DNA of 64,000 nucleotides from Nibricoccus sp. GTDB lineage: Bacteria > Verrucomicrobiota > Verrucomicrobiia > Opitutales > Opitutaceae. The notes below the pieces were generated by a model that had not been told where the DNA came from, searched no databases, and saw only the letters and a program-made list of their open reading frames with translations. Shown in pieces: positions 28,673 through 40,565 of this stretch (position 1 is the stretch's first letter; each line of letters starts with the position of its first letter). The position numbers and the translations under genes are program-made. The DNA is taken from contig JASGHG010000001.1 in assembly GCA_047602425.1 (NCBI GenBank), positions 4,192,001-4,256,000 on the forward strand, read 5' to 3'.

Positions 28673-28693
28673 GGGGTATTTGAGGAAATTGGC

Positions 28694-29395
28694 TCAGGCT
28701 TTCAGTTCGGCAAGGATGGCGCGCGCAGCGGCGGCGGGGTCCTTGGCTTTGAGAATGGGACGTCCGACAACGATGTAGCTTGCGCCGGCGGCGGCGGCTT
28801 CGGCGGGGCTCAGAACGCGTTTCTGGTCGTCGGAAGTCGGGTCGTTGGCGGGACGTATGCCGGGTGTGATGAGTTTGACCCCCGGATTCAGGATGAATTG
28901 GCGCCGGAGTGCGGCGACTTCGAGCGGCGAGCAGACGAGTCCGTTGAGGCCGGAGTCGACGGCGAGGTGCGCGAGGCGTGCGACTTGGGCGTCGGGTGTG
29001 TTGGTGACGCCGACTTCGCGCAGGCCCAGAGCGTCGAACGAAGTGAGCACCGTGACACCAAGAAGAAGCAGATCGGGTTTGGTGGCTTGCTGGGCTTCCT
29101 TGGCGGCGGTCATCATTTCACGTCCGCCGCTCGTGTGCAGTGTCAGCATGCCAATGGGGAGCGGCGCAAGGGATTCGATGGCTTTGGCGACGGTATTGGG
29201 AATGTCGTGGAGCTTGAGATCGAGGAAGATGTTGAAACCATCGTCGGCAATGGACTTCACGTAATCGGGACCATAGGCAGTGAACATTTGGAGGCCGATT
29301 TTAACCCAGCGAAGATTGCCGCGTAGTTGGCGGAGGATCGGAGCGGCTTGTTCGCGAGTGGGGACGTCGAGGGCGAGGATGAGATCGCAAGGCAT
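28694..29395 (-). CDS. pyrF: Orotidine 5'-phosphate decarboxylase
   Basis: LALD, FLDLKLHDIPNTV, TPGIR, DDQKR and VVGRPI. Confidence 0.97.
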   Translation of the reverse strand: MPCDLILALDVPTREQAAPILRQLRGNLRWVKIGLQMFTAYGPDYVKSIADDGFNIFLDLKLHDIPNTVAKAIESLAPLPIGMLTLHTSGGREMMTAAKEAQQATKPDLLLLGVTVLTSFDALGLREVGVTNTPDAQVARLAHLAVDSGLNGLVCSPLEVAALRRQFILNPGVKLITPGIRPANDPTSDDQKRVLSPAEAAAAGASYIVVGRPILKAKDPAAAARAILAELKA

Positions 29396-29639
29396 AATAT
29401 TATCCACGTACTGCACACCTAAATGCGGCGGAGCGGAAGAAGAAAAACAGGGTGGGGAACGGCGGAAAACTCGTAACGTTTAATTTTTCAACGCTGAACA
29501 TGCCAGTTGTGGACGAAGTAGCGAAGCCATCGAGATGGCAAAGAAGCGGGAATGCGGCGGATTTCCGGGGTGGCACGGCGCGAAGACGTCGTGATTTTAG
29601 CGCTTTTCAAAGGTAGGGCGGGCGGCGCAAAGTGGCGAC

Positions 29640-30530
29640 GTGTCTCCTGTCGTCATTTTTTCACCGGCCAAACTGAACCTCCTCCTCGCGATCACTGGGC
29701 GGCGTGCGGACGGTTTTCACGATTTGGTGTCGGTTGTGGCGCCGGTGAAATTTGGCGACACATTGCAAGCCCACGCGACCGACGACGGCAAGTTCACGCT
29801 TGAGTGCAACGATCCAGCGGTGCCGTTGGACGACACGAACCTCATTTTACGCGCGGCGAAGCTGTTTCGAGAAGCTGCGGCCCTGCCGACCGAGCGCGGC
29901 GTGCGTTTCAAATTGGATAAACGAATCCCCATGGGGGCGGGCCTCGGCGGGGGGAGCAGCAATGCGGTGGCGGCCTTGCAGGCATTGAACCAACTTGCTC
30001 CAAAGCCGCTCGCGAAGGATGTGCTGCTAAATTTGGCGGTAAAACTTGGATCGGATTGCGCGTTATTTTTGCATGCGGCTCCTGTGGTCATACGAGGCCG
30101 GGGCGAAAACGTGGAGCGATTGCCGTCTTCAGCGGCTGCGCGTTTGAGCGGGCGGCGCGTGATGATTTTCAAGCCGGGTTTTGGGATCGCGACGGCTTGG
30201 GCCTACGGTCGGATGGCGGCGGGCGCGCCGGGAAGTTATCTAGCGCCGAACGAAGCAGAGGCAAAACTGGCGCATTGGATTTCATCGGGAGATTCAGCGG
30301 AAACTCTTCTCTTCAACAACATGGAGCGACCGGCGTTTGCCAAATACATCGCGTTGCCCGCGCTGCTGGAAAAATTGCGCACTGAATTCAGCCTCGCGGT
30401 GGCGATGAGCGGAAGTGGGAGCGCCTGTTTTGCATTGTTGCGGGAAAACACGCCATTGGACGCGGTGGTCAAATGCGTGCGTGAAGCGTGGGGCATGCAT
30501 ACTTTCATTCTGGATACAGAAATCGTTTGA
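29640..30530 (+). CDS. ispE: 4-diphosphocytidyl-2-C-methyl-D-erythritol kinase
   Basis: PAKLNL, KRIPMGAGLGGGSSNA and MSGSGS. Confidence 0.96.
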   Translation: MSPVVIFSPAKLNLLLAITGRRADGFHDLVSVVAPVKFGDTLQAHATDDGKFTLECNDPAVPLDDTNLILRAAKLFREAAALPTERGVRFKLDKRIPMGAGLGGGSSNAVAALQALNQLAPKPLAKDVLLNLAVKLGSDCALFLHAAPVVIRGRGENVERLPSSAAARLSGRRVMIFKPGFGIATAWAYGRMAAGAPGSYLAPNEAEAKLAHWISSGDSAETLLFNNMERPAFAKYIALPALLEKLRTEFSLAVAMSGSGSACFALLRENTPLDAVVKCVREAWGMHTFILDTEIV

Positions 30531-30604
30531 CCAAATACGGCGGTAACAGGTTATCCTCAAGCGCGGCCGGTAGTTGCTAATCGCGCCGCACCCAAAACAA
30601 CTTC

Positions 30605-32368
30605 ATGGAATCTCGTTCGCAAAATGAAGTCATCATCGAAGGCATCTCCGCGTCCCAAGGGATCGCCTACGGCCCAATCTTCCTGTACATCCAAAGCGAT
30701 GTAGAAATTCCTTCCTACGAAGTTGCGCCGGACAAACGCATCGACGAGATCGCCCGTTTCGAGCACGCCTTGCTCATCACCCGCCAGCAGATCCAAAAGA
30801 TCCAAGACGAGGTAGAAAAAAATCTAGGGCCTGAAGAAGCGCGCATTTTCGACGCGCATTTGCTCGTGATCGAAGACCAGGCGTTGATCACGGAAACGAT
30901 TCGCGACTTCGAAAATACAGGCATCAACATCGAAACCTGTTTCAACAACGTCTCGCAGCGCTACATCAAGGCCTTCGACGAGATTGACGACGAATATCTC
31001 CGCGAACGCGCTGGCGATATCCGCGACGTCGCCCAGCGCGTGTTGAATAACCTTCTCGGTCAGGCCGGACAGAATCTCAGCAAACTCGCGGACAAACGCG
31101 TCGTCATCGCCAACGACATCACGCCGTCCGATGCCGCCACGATCGACCGCCGCCAGTGCATCGCGATCGTCACGGACTCGGGTAGCAAGACGAGTCACGC
31201 GGTCATTGTTGCGCGCTCAATGAAAGTCCCCGCGGTCGTCGGTACACGCGATCTTTCCAAACGCATCAAGAGTGGCGATTGGGCGCTCGTCGACGGCTAC
31301 GAGGGTGTGATCATTCTCAATCCGGACGAGCAGACGCTCTTCCGCTACGGCAAGATCCAATTGCAGAAGCGCAACTTCGAACAGCGCCTGATGGAGGCCG
31401 GCCGCCTGCCTGCCGTCACGCTCGACGGAGCCAATGTCATCCTTCGCGCCAATATCGAGAAATCCGATGAAGTGGCGGGCGTGAAAGAATATCTCGCCGA
31501 CGGTGTCGGTCTTTTCCGCTCCGAATTTTTATATCTCAACCTCAACCGTGTGCCGACCGAGGAAGAGCAATTTCAGTCGTTCAAGACGGTGGCTGAAAAC
31601 CTTGCGCCTTCGACCGTGATCATCCGCACGCTCGATCTTGGTGGCGATAAGCCGATGGCGGGTAATCCCGAACTCTTTCCGCAAGAGTCGAACCCCTTTC
31701 TCGGTTTTCGCGCGATCCGCTTTTGCCTCGAACATCGCGAACTGTTCAAGGACCAGCTCCGCGCCATCCTCCGAGCCAGCGCCTTCGGCAAAATCAAGCT
31801 GATGTACCCGATGATCAGTGGTTCGGAAGAACTGGCCCGGGCCAACGTCATGCTCAACGAATGCCGCGAGGAACTGCGAAAAAAAGGGGTGGCCTTCGAC
31901 GAGAAAATGCCGATCGGCGCAATGATCGAAATCCCCAGCGCCGCTTACACCGCCGACATCCTCGCCAAGGAATGCGATTTTTTCAGCATCGGAACCAACG
32001 ACTTGATTCAATACATGCTGGCGATCGACCGGGTGAACGACCGCATCGCGCATCTTTACGAGCCAACGCATCCGGCGATCATTCGCACCATCAAGCGCAT
32101 TGTCGACGAAGCGCGTAAGCAGAAAATTCCGGTCAGTGTGTGCGGTGAAATGGCGGGCGACCCGATTTACGCGCCACTGCTGCTCGGTCTAGGCGTCGAC
32201 GAATTAAGCATGGCGCCGCCGCTGTTGCCCGCCGTGAAGTTTCTCGTGCGCGCGATGAAAATGGACGAAGCCCGCAAACTCGCGGAAAAGGCCCTGGGCA
32301 TGGGCTCGCCGAAAGAAATTTATTCTCTCTTCGATAATTTCTGCCGCGACCGCGTGAAGGGCATGTAA
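30605..32368 (+). CDS. ptsI: PEP-protein phosphotransferase (PTS enzyme I)
   Basis: TSHAVI phospho-His, GVGLFRSEF, RTLDLGGDK, SIGTNDL and CGEMAGD. Confidence 0.95.
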   Translation: MESRSQNEVIIEGISASQGIAYGPIFLYIQSDVEIPSYEVAPDKRIDEIARFEHALLITRQQIQKIQDEVEKNLGPEEARIFDAHLLVIEDQALITETIRDFENTGINIETCFNNVSQRYIKAFDEIDDEYLRERAGDIRDVAQRVLNNLLGQAGQNLSKLADKRVVIANDITPSDAATIDRRQCIAIVTDSGSKTSHAVIVARSMKVPAVVGTRDLSKRIKSGDWALVDGYEGVIILNPDEQTLFRYGKIQLQKRNFEQRLMEAGRLPAVTLDGANVILRANIEKSDEVAGVKEYLADGVGLFRSEFLYLNLNRVPTEEEQFQSFKTVAENLAPSTVIIRTLDLGGDKPMAGNPELFPQESNPFLGFRAIRFCLEHRELFKDQLRAILRASAFGKIKLMYPMISGSEELARANVMLNECREELRKKGVAFDEKMPIGAMIEIPSAAYTADILAKECDFFSIGTNDLIQYMLAIDRVNDRIAHLYEPTHPAIIRTIKRIVDEARKQKIPVSVCGEMAGDPIYAPLLLGLGVDELSMAPPLLPAVKFLVRAMKMDEARKLAEKALGMGSPKEIYSLFDNFCRDRVKGM

Positions 32369-32463
32369 GCGGAGGTCTTTGTTGACCTGCTTGGCCCTAT
32401 GATGGCTGGGCTTACAACGATCCAGCGTATACCGCTAAATGTCCGGGCTATCCGAAGGAAACC

Positions 32464-34521
<2,058 letters not shown>

Positions 34522-34741
34522 CCTCCGTATTGCGTAAGAAATGATGGATTATCATGATGCGTGGGTGGCGAACCAGGCCATGTGAGAGGCGTTGATGGCG
34601 AAAAAATGAGGGCATGACAATCCACGTCATGCATCGGCCGATTCATGCAATTTTTTAGCAGAAATGTCGGAGCGTCAACAACGCGGCCCGTTTCCAAATG
34701 CCCGCAGAACTCACTGTTGCGGTGCTTCTTGTTGAGAAACC

Positions 34742-36916
34742 TTAAGCAGCGTGAGCGCTGTTAGGCGAAGAACCAAGAACAGCGCGGAGGCGACGTCCGA
34801 GCTCTTCGATTTGGTAAGGCTTCGGAAGAAATTCAGGCTGACCGTGGGCATTGAGCTCGCGGCGCATGTCAGGCGTGATGTTTCCGCTGATGATGATGAC
34901 CTTGGCGTCAGGTCGGAGGCGTCGAAGGGTCTTGTAGACGTCGAGGCCGTTGAGCTGAGGCAGATTCAAATCGAGAAGAACGGCGTGGATCGTGGACGGC
35001 TCGCTCAGCAACACGTCGACCGCGCGGGCGCCGTCGCCGGCGGTGAGAACCTTGTATCCGCGAGGTTCGAGAATGGTCCGGAGAAGTTCGCGCAGGCTGC
35101 TCTCGTCTTCGACGACAAGAATTGTCTCGGTGCCGCTTGGAAATTCGCCTGAGGGCAAAGACGCGTGGTCGGCCTGAGCGGCGGTCTTCGGTACTTCCAG
35201 CGGCAGATAAACCTGAAACGCGCTGCCCTGGCCCACGACGCTTTCCACATCGAGAAATCCGCGATGATTGAGAATGATGCCGTAGACGACGGCGAGACCG
35301 AGCCCGGTGCCGCCGGAGTTTTGTTTGGTGGTGAAAAATGGTTCGAAAATACGGGCCCGGACGTGGGGGGGCATGCCGCAGCCGGTATCGGAAACTTTAA
35401 TACAAACGTAGGGCCGGCCGGAGTCGCCGCCGAGATGGGCGATGGAAGCGCCATCGACCTTGGAGGTGGAAATGGCGATCAAGCCCCCGCCGGGCATGGC
35501 GTCGCGGGCATTGACGCACAGGTTCATGATAACCTGTTGCAACTGGTTTGGGTCCGCCCAGATGGCGGGAAGCGTTTCGTCGAGTTCGAGATTGAACGAA
35601 ACGGTGCGCGGAAAGGTCTCGGCGCACATGCGACCGAGGTCCTTGATGTGCTGGTTGAGCGGGACGGACTTGAAAGTGGCCTCGGTCTTGCGGCTGAAGG
35701 TGAGAATCTGGCGGACCAGGCCGATGGCGCGCTGCGCGGCATTGTGGATTTCCCGCAGGTGACGGGCCTGTGCCTCGTCGGCCGCTCCGCGACCAAGGGC
35801 GATCTCGGTAAAACCATTGATGATCGCCAAAACATTGTTGAAATCGTGCGCGATACCGCCGGCCAGGGTGCCGAGGCTTTCCATTTTCTGCGCCTGGCGG
35901 AGCTGGTCCTCCAGTTTTTTTCGCTCGGTGATGTCCTCCCGCATGCTGAGAAGATGCGTGATCTCGTCGGCGTGGTTGCGGATGGGGGAAACCTGGACGA
36001 ATTCCCAGAGCGTACGCCCATCTTTGCAGCGCGTGCAGAGTTCGCCGCTCCATTTTTTGCCGGTGGCGATGGTTTGTTCGAATTCGCGGAAGGATTCCTC
36101 GCTGGCGTGTCCTTCACGCAGCACTGGAATTTCTTTTTCGAAAATTTCCTCAAGCGTATAACCGGTCGATTGGGTGAAACGCGGATTCACGTATTGCACG
36201 CGACCGTCGGGTGTCGTCACGACGATGGAAAAAGGGGACTGATCGACGGCGTTGGCGAGCTTGTGATAATGTTCTTCGGCGAGACGGCGTTTGGTGACAT
36301 CGCGGCCGACGGCGCGGTAGGCGACGATGCTGCCCTCGGGATTTCGCACGGCGGTTTCCTCCCACGAAAGCCAGCGCCAGCCCTGTGCGGTTTGCCAGCG
36401 ATGTTCGTGCGAGGTGCGATACGGCGGACGCTCGATACGCTTCGTCGCGGCGCTCCAATCAGGGAGATCGTCCGGATGGAGCAAGGAGGTCGGAGTGCGT
36501 CCAGCCCACGCGGGCCGTGGAATACCGAACTTGCGGGCAAAGGCTTCGTTGACCGCGAGGATGCGACCTTCGGGACTGCGCACGAGAACGAGTTCCACGC
36601 TATGCGCCCACGGGCTCACCAAATCCTCATGCTCGCCTGAGGCGTAGTCGATCAGAAGGAGAGTGACGATGAAGCTATGGGGCTGGCGTTTTTTTCGAAA
36701 GACCGGTTGTTCGCGGGCGGAAAGGCCCATCAATTCGAGAGAGCCAATTTCGCTGAAGGGACGTCCGATCAGTTCAGCCGTCGGCTGGCCAAGCAAGGCG
36801 GCGGCGCGCGGCGTGAGTTCGGAGATCCGGCGCTTGGAATCGAGCACGAGCACAGCTTCTTCCGTGGCGGCGGATGCGGCGGTCGAAGAAGTGGGTAGTT
36901 GAGTGCTGGCTGTCAC
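34742..36916 (-). CDS. PAS-domain hybrid histidine kinase (CckA-like)
   Basis: PAS repeats, QAQKMESLGTLAGGIAHDFNN, NARDAM and a C-terminal receiver domain. Confidence 0.92.
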   Translation of the reverse strand: MTASTQLPTSSTAASAATEEAVLVLDSKRRISELTPRAAALLGQPTAELIGRPFSEIGSLELMGLSAREQPVFRKKRQPHSFIVTLLLIDYASGEHEDLVSPWAHSVELVLVRSPEGRILAVNEAFARKFGIPRPAWAGRTPTSLLHPDDLPDWSAATKRIERPPYRTSHEHRWQTAQGWRWLSWEETAVRNPEGSIVAYRAVGRDVTKRRLAEEHYHKLANAVDQSPFSIVVTTPDGRVQYVNPRFTQSTGYTLEEIFEKEIPVLREGHASEESFREFEQTIATGKKWSGELCTRCKDGRTLWEFVQVSPIRNHADEITHLLSMREDITERKKLEDQLRQAQKMESLGTLAGGIAHDFNNVLAIINGFTEIALGRGAADEAQARHLREIHNAAQRAIGLVRQILTFSRKTEATFKSVPLNQHIKDLGRMCAETFPRTVSFNLELDETLPAIWADPNQLQQVIMNLCVNARDAMPGGGLIAISTSKVDGASIAHLGGDSGRPYVCIKVSDTGCGMPPHVRARIFEPFFTTKQNSGGTGLGLAVVYGIILNHRGFLDVESVVGQGSAFQVYLPLEVPKTAAQADHASLPSGEFPSGTETILVVEDESSLRELLRTILEPRGYKVLTAGDGARAVDVLLSEPSTIHAVLLDLNLPQLNGLDVYKTLRRLRPDAKVIIISGNITPDMRRELNAHGQPEFLPKPYQIEELGRRLRAVLGSSPNSAHAA

Positions 36917-37004
36917 GAGGCGAGGAAGATCTGGATAAACGCATTTGCGACGGATCGAGGTGATTCGTCGTCAAACACGAAAAGAACGGAAAGGTTTTTC
37001 CAAC

Positions 37005-37937
37005 TCACACCAAACCGCTCAACACGGTGGGCAAACGTTGCACACTGTTCGAGAGGGCGGCACGAGCGAGCCGGGTTTCTTTTTCGCCGGTCCCGTAGAG
37101 AATCTTCCAACCGGGAAGTTCGAGCCAGGCGTCATCGGCAATGGGCGCGACTTTTTCGAAACCGCCGGGAATGCCCGCGTAGCGCACGAGTTGGTCGGCG
37201 ACCTGAACAGCCGCGGCGTAGAACGAATGGTTGGGGGCGTTCTCCGGGTCGTTATGATAATAAACGGCGTCGGTGATTTCTGCGGAAAGCTGGTGACGTT
37301 GCAAATAGTAGCCGCCGATGCGCGCATGATCCCAACCGATGAGCTCGCGTTCCAGGGCGCAGACTTCGGCGATGTTGTGGAAAGAGGTTTCGACGATCTT
37401 GGCGAATTCCTCGGGAAAGGCGGAAGCCATGACGACTTTGCCGACGTTGTGAAGCAGGCCGATGATGTAGTCGGTATCGTCGTCGATGAGAAGCGTGGTG
37501 GTGGCGAGAATCTCGCGAGTCATGATGGCCGAACCAATCGAATGCTTCCAAAGGTCCTTCCAGGGAAGGCGGACGCTGGTGCGATTGATCTTTTCGAGTT
37601 CCTCGATGACGGGCGTCGCCATCGAAAGTTCGCGAATTTGGCGCAGACCGAGATAAAAAACGGCTTCCTCAATGTTATTCACCTTGGCGGTGAGGCCGAA
37701 GTACACGGAATTGACCATGCGCAGCAGACGTGCGGTCAGCGAAGGGTCCCGGCGGATGATCTCGGCGATTTGGGAATTGTAGCTTTGCTCGGAGTTGACC
37801 AGTCCGGCGAGGGCGCGATTGATGCTCTGCAACGACGCCAGTTTCGGGCACGCGTCGATCTTCCGTGTGATTTCAGAATCGGAGTAAGTACGGCGAGTGG
37901 ACAAGGGCGTATGGTCTGGTGGACTGGTCGGAGGCAT
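37005..37937 (-). CDS. HDOD domain protein
   Basis: DPSLTARLLRMVNS, WKHS, GLLHNVGK and DHARIG. Confidence 0.92.
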   Translation of the reverse strand: MPPTSPPDHTPLSTRRTYSDSEITRKIDACPKLASLQSINRALAGLVNSEQSYNSQIAEIIRRDPSLTARLLRMVNSVYFGLTAKVNNIEEAVFYLGLRQIRELSMATPVIEELEKINRTSVRLPWKDLWKHSIGSAIMTREILATTTLLIDDDTDYIIGLLHNVGKVVMASAFPEEFAKIVETSFHNIAEVCALERELIGWDHARIGGYYLQRHQLSAEITDAVYYHNDPENAPNHSFYAAAVQVADQLVRYAGIPGGFEKVAPIADDAWLELPGWKILYGTGEKETRLARAALSNSVQRLPTVLSGLV

Positions 37938-38180
37938 GATTACGAATCAAGCCCGCCCGCGAACACCAGTGACGGCATAAAGCGCGTGCAGACGTGACTC
38001 TTGTTCATTCCTATCGGCGCTGTCTTGGCAAAGTTTAGGGGTTTTCATACCCCGGATTCGGGAAGATTCTTGGGTAAAGGTTGAAAAGGAAGTCTCACTC
38101 GGCCGCCGGGGCATTGCAGATTGAAATCACTGGCGTCCAAAAAGCTGAAATAGTGGAGGCTTTGTTTGCGGTAATGGAAT

Positions 38181-38793
38181 TTAGGTACGAGTTGCGCGCG
38201 GCCGGGTGGGCAGGCGGGGTGGCGCGGCGATGTTCATCGATTCGAGTTGCGGGATAATGTGTTCGTCGTAGCACGTGGGGCAAACGGAGTGAGTAAATTC
38301 ACTTCCGGTTCGAGCCGCCATGTACTGTTCGATGCGCTGCCAATAATCGACGTCTTTGCGTACACTTTTACAGTACGAGCAAATCGGCACCAAGCCCTGC
38401 AATTCGCGAATATGGGCCGCGCTGTCGAGAATGCGCTTGGCCACATGCAGTCGAATCCGAAGTTCACGCAAGTTAACGGGCTTTTGCAGAAAATCGTCCA
38501 CGCCCGCGTCGATCGCGGCGTCTTCGTTTTCCTTCGAGGCATCGTGTGGCGTGTAGATGATGAAATACACATAGTCTACTTTGCGTGCACGCACCCAGCG
38601 GCACAGCTCAAGGCCGGACTGATCGGGCATCATCCAATCGCACACGATCACTCGGATATCGGACGTCGCCGTGATCACGCGGCGAGGCCTCGTCGACGCT
38701 TTCCGCGATTTCGGAAACGAGCCCAAGCGTAGCCAGCGAAGCCTCCATATAAAGGCGCGCGAGCGGATCGTTTTCGATGAGCAGGACTTTCAT
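38181..38793 (-). pseudogene. Response regulator with C-terminal CxxC..CxxC domain, 1-bp frameshift near 38686 (possibly a sequence error)
   Basis: MKVLLIEND lies in one frame; IVCDWMMP and ICSYCK...HSVCPTC lie in the next. There is an extra base in GAG GCC T CGC. Confidence 0.82.
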
Positions 38794-38953
38794 GAGAACA
38801 ACGCAGCGAGGGAAGACGCGGCGAAGCGGGGCGTTAATGTAAATAATTTGCGAAAAAAAGGCTGCGCGCAAGACTTTTCCAAGCCATTAAGCCGAAAAAA
38901 GTAGGAAAAGGCTTCGTAGGACGCGCGACACCGTTTGGTCGGTTTTATGGCCC

Positions 38954-40393
38954 TCAGCTGCCTTTAAGCACGTGGTAATTCGCCATCGAAATGCCGCTTA
39001 ACATCGCGCCGACGATTCCGAGAAAACCTTGGTCGGTACCGCAAAGATAAACATTGGCCAGTGCGGTTCGACCTTGGCGGTTTTTGAAGGGCGAACCGTA
39101 AATAGCGCCGGCGAGATGACCCGTGAATTTTGTGATCGTGCGCGGCGTAAACATGTCAGTCGTCAGCGTGGCCTCCGCGAGGGTATCGGCCGCAGGAACC
39201 GGGGGCAGGAAACGCTGGGCGCTGGCCGTGATCGCTTCGTACCAGCGTTGTTTGTCGGCGCGGTAAACGTCTTCGGACAGCTTCGCCCAGAGATCGTAGT
39301 TCGCGAGGCACGTACAGCGAAAAAGTCCCTCGGGCAGACGCTGGCCGTCTGGATACGCGAAATTGTTCGGCAGACAAATCACGCCGCTGCGCAGATCGAC
39401 TTGCGTGGCCGGACGCTCATAAGCGAAGCGTGGCGAATCGTTGAAAAAAACGATCGTATCATCGCCCCACCCAAGCTCGGCGGGTTGGCGGTCGAGAACC
39501 GTTATGGTTTCGACGTAGGAAAGTTTCCCCGCTTTGGCTGGAAGCGCGCCGGGGACTTCGTGGTCAACCTCGATCAGTCGTTCCGTCTCCGGGCCGCCGA
39601 TCGAACTGATGACATGGTCAGCGGTGATTTCCGAACCATCATCGAGCACCAGGGCGGCGGCGCGTCCTTCGCGGGCGACGATTCTTTTCACACCGCATTT
39701 CATCCGGCGTTCACCACCCGCGGCGCGATATTTATCGGTGAGCACGCGGAGGATTACACGCACGCCGTCGAGCGGCCGGGCGAACCCTTCCAGAAAGAGC
39801 GCCTTGAACATGATCACGAACTGGCCGAACTCCATATCGTGTTCCTCTGCGCTGCCGTAGTACATCAGCGGGCAGAAAAGCATGTCCTCGAGCAACGCGT
39901 CGCTGATGTGTTGGCGAACGGTTTTTCGCGCGGAAACCGGCGTGGCATCGAGCGAGACGTCGTCGTAGGTTTTAATCGCAGCGACGAGGCGGCGAAAGCC
40001 ATCGATTTGCGCGGGGAATTTTGTGGCGACTTCGCTTTCGAGCACCGAGAAATCGTTGGTGAAGGTGAGTGAGGTTTCTCCACGCGGCCCAAAGGCGATA
40101 CGCGAACGTTTTTGTTCGCAGAGCGCAAATTCATCGCGGTCGATGCGAAGTTGGCGGAGGAGTTTGGTGAGAGGCGTGCCTTTGACTCCGGCGCGCACGA
40201 AGTTGGTCATCGCGTGCAGACCGACATCGTATTTGCGTCCGGCGATCGAGTAGAAACCGTTGAGTCCACCGACGGCGTTGTGACGCTCGAAAATGCACAC
40301 GCGCTTGCCAAAGTGCGCGAGCCTTATGCCGGCCGCGAGGCCGGACATGCCCGCGCCGATGATGGCGACGTCGTAGTGCGATTGGGAATTCAC
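38954..40393 (-). CDS. Phytoene desaturase-like NAD(P)/FAD oxidoreductase
   Basis: IIGAGMSGL Rossmann motif, GAIYG and C-terminal LCGTDQGFLGIVGAMLSG. Confidence 0.88.
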   Translation of the reverse strand: MNSQSHYDVAIIGAGMSGLAAGIRLAHFGKRVCIFERHNAVGGLNGFYSIAGRKYDVGLHAMTNFVRAGVKGTPLTKLLRQLRIDRDEFALCEQKRSRIAFGPRGETSLTFTNDFSVLESEVATKFPAQIDGFRRLVAAIKTYDDVSLDATPVSARKTVRQHISDALLEDMLFCPLMYYGSAEEHDMEFGQFVIMFKALFLEGFARPLDGVRVILRVLTDKYRAAGGERRMKCGVKRIVAREGRAAALVLDDGSEITADHVISSIGGPETERLIEVDHEVPGALPAKAGKLSYVETITVLDRQPAELGWGDDTIVFFNDSPRFAYERPATQVDLRSGVICLPNNFAYPDGQRLPEGLFRCTCLANYDLWAKLSEDVYRADKQRWYEAITASAQRFLPPVPAADTLAEATLTTDMFTPRTITKFTGHLAGAIYGSPFKNRQGRTALANVYLCGTDQGFLGIVGAMLSGISMANYHVLKGS

Positions 40394-40411
40394 GGGATGA
40401 CTAATCTGGGG

Positions 40412-40556
40412 CTCAGGAACTCTGGAACGGAATGGGGAACCGCTAATTTGCGCTAATGTACGCTAATTTTCGGAGATGATTTCTAACCACGGATTGCGCG
40501 GATGGGCACGGATGGGAAACCGGATTGAGGGTAGGGACGGACCGCCGGGCCGTCCG
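40412..40556. repeat. Stack of four different repeat families
   Basis: CTCAGGAACTCTGGAA; CGCTAAT x3 (period 10); CRCGGAT x3; REP-like GTAGGGACGGACCGCCGGGCCGTCC. Confidence 0.8.
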
Positions 40557-40565
40557 TGAACGACA

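Noticed and set aside
27413..30530. ispD/ispF/ispE clustering with pyrF as a novel pathway
   Set aside because: These are ordinary MEP-pathway and pyrimidine core genes; nothing supports a new function.
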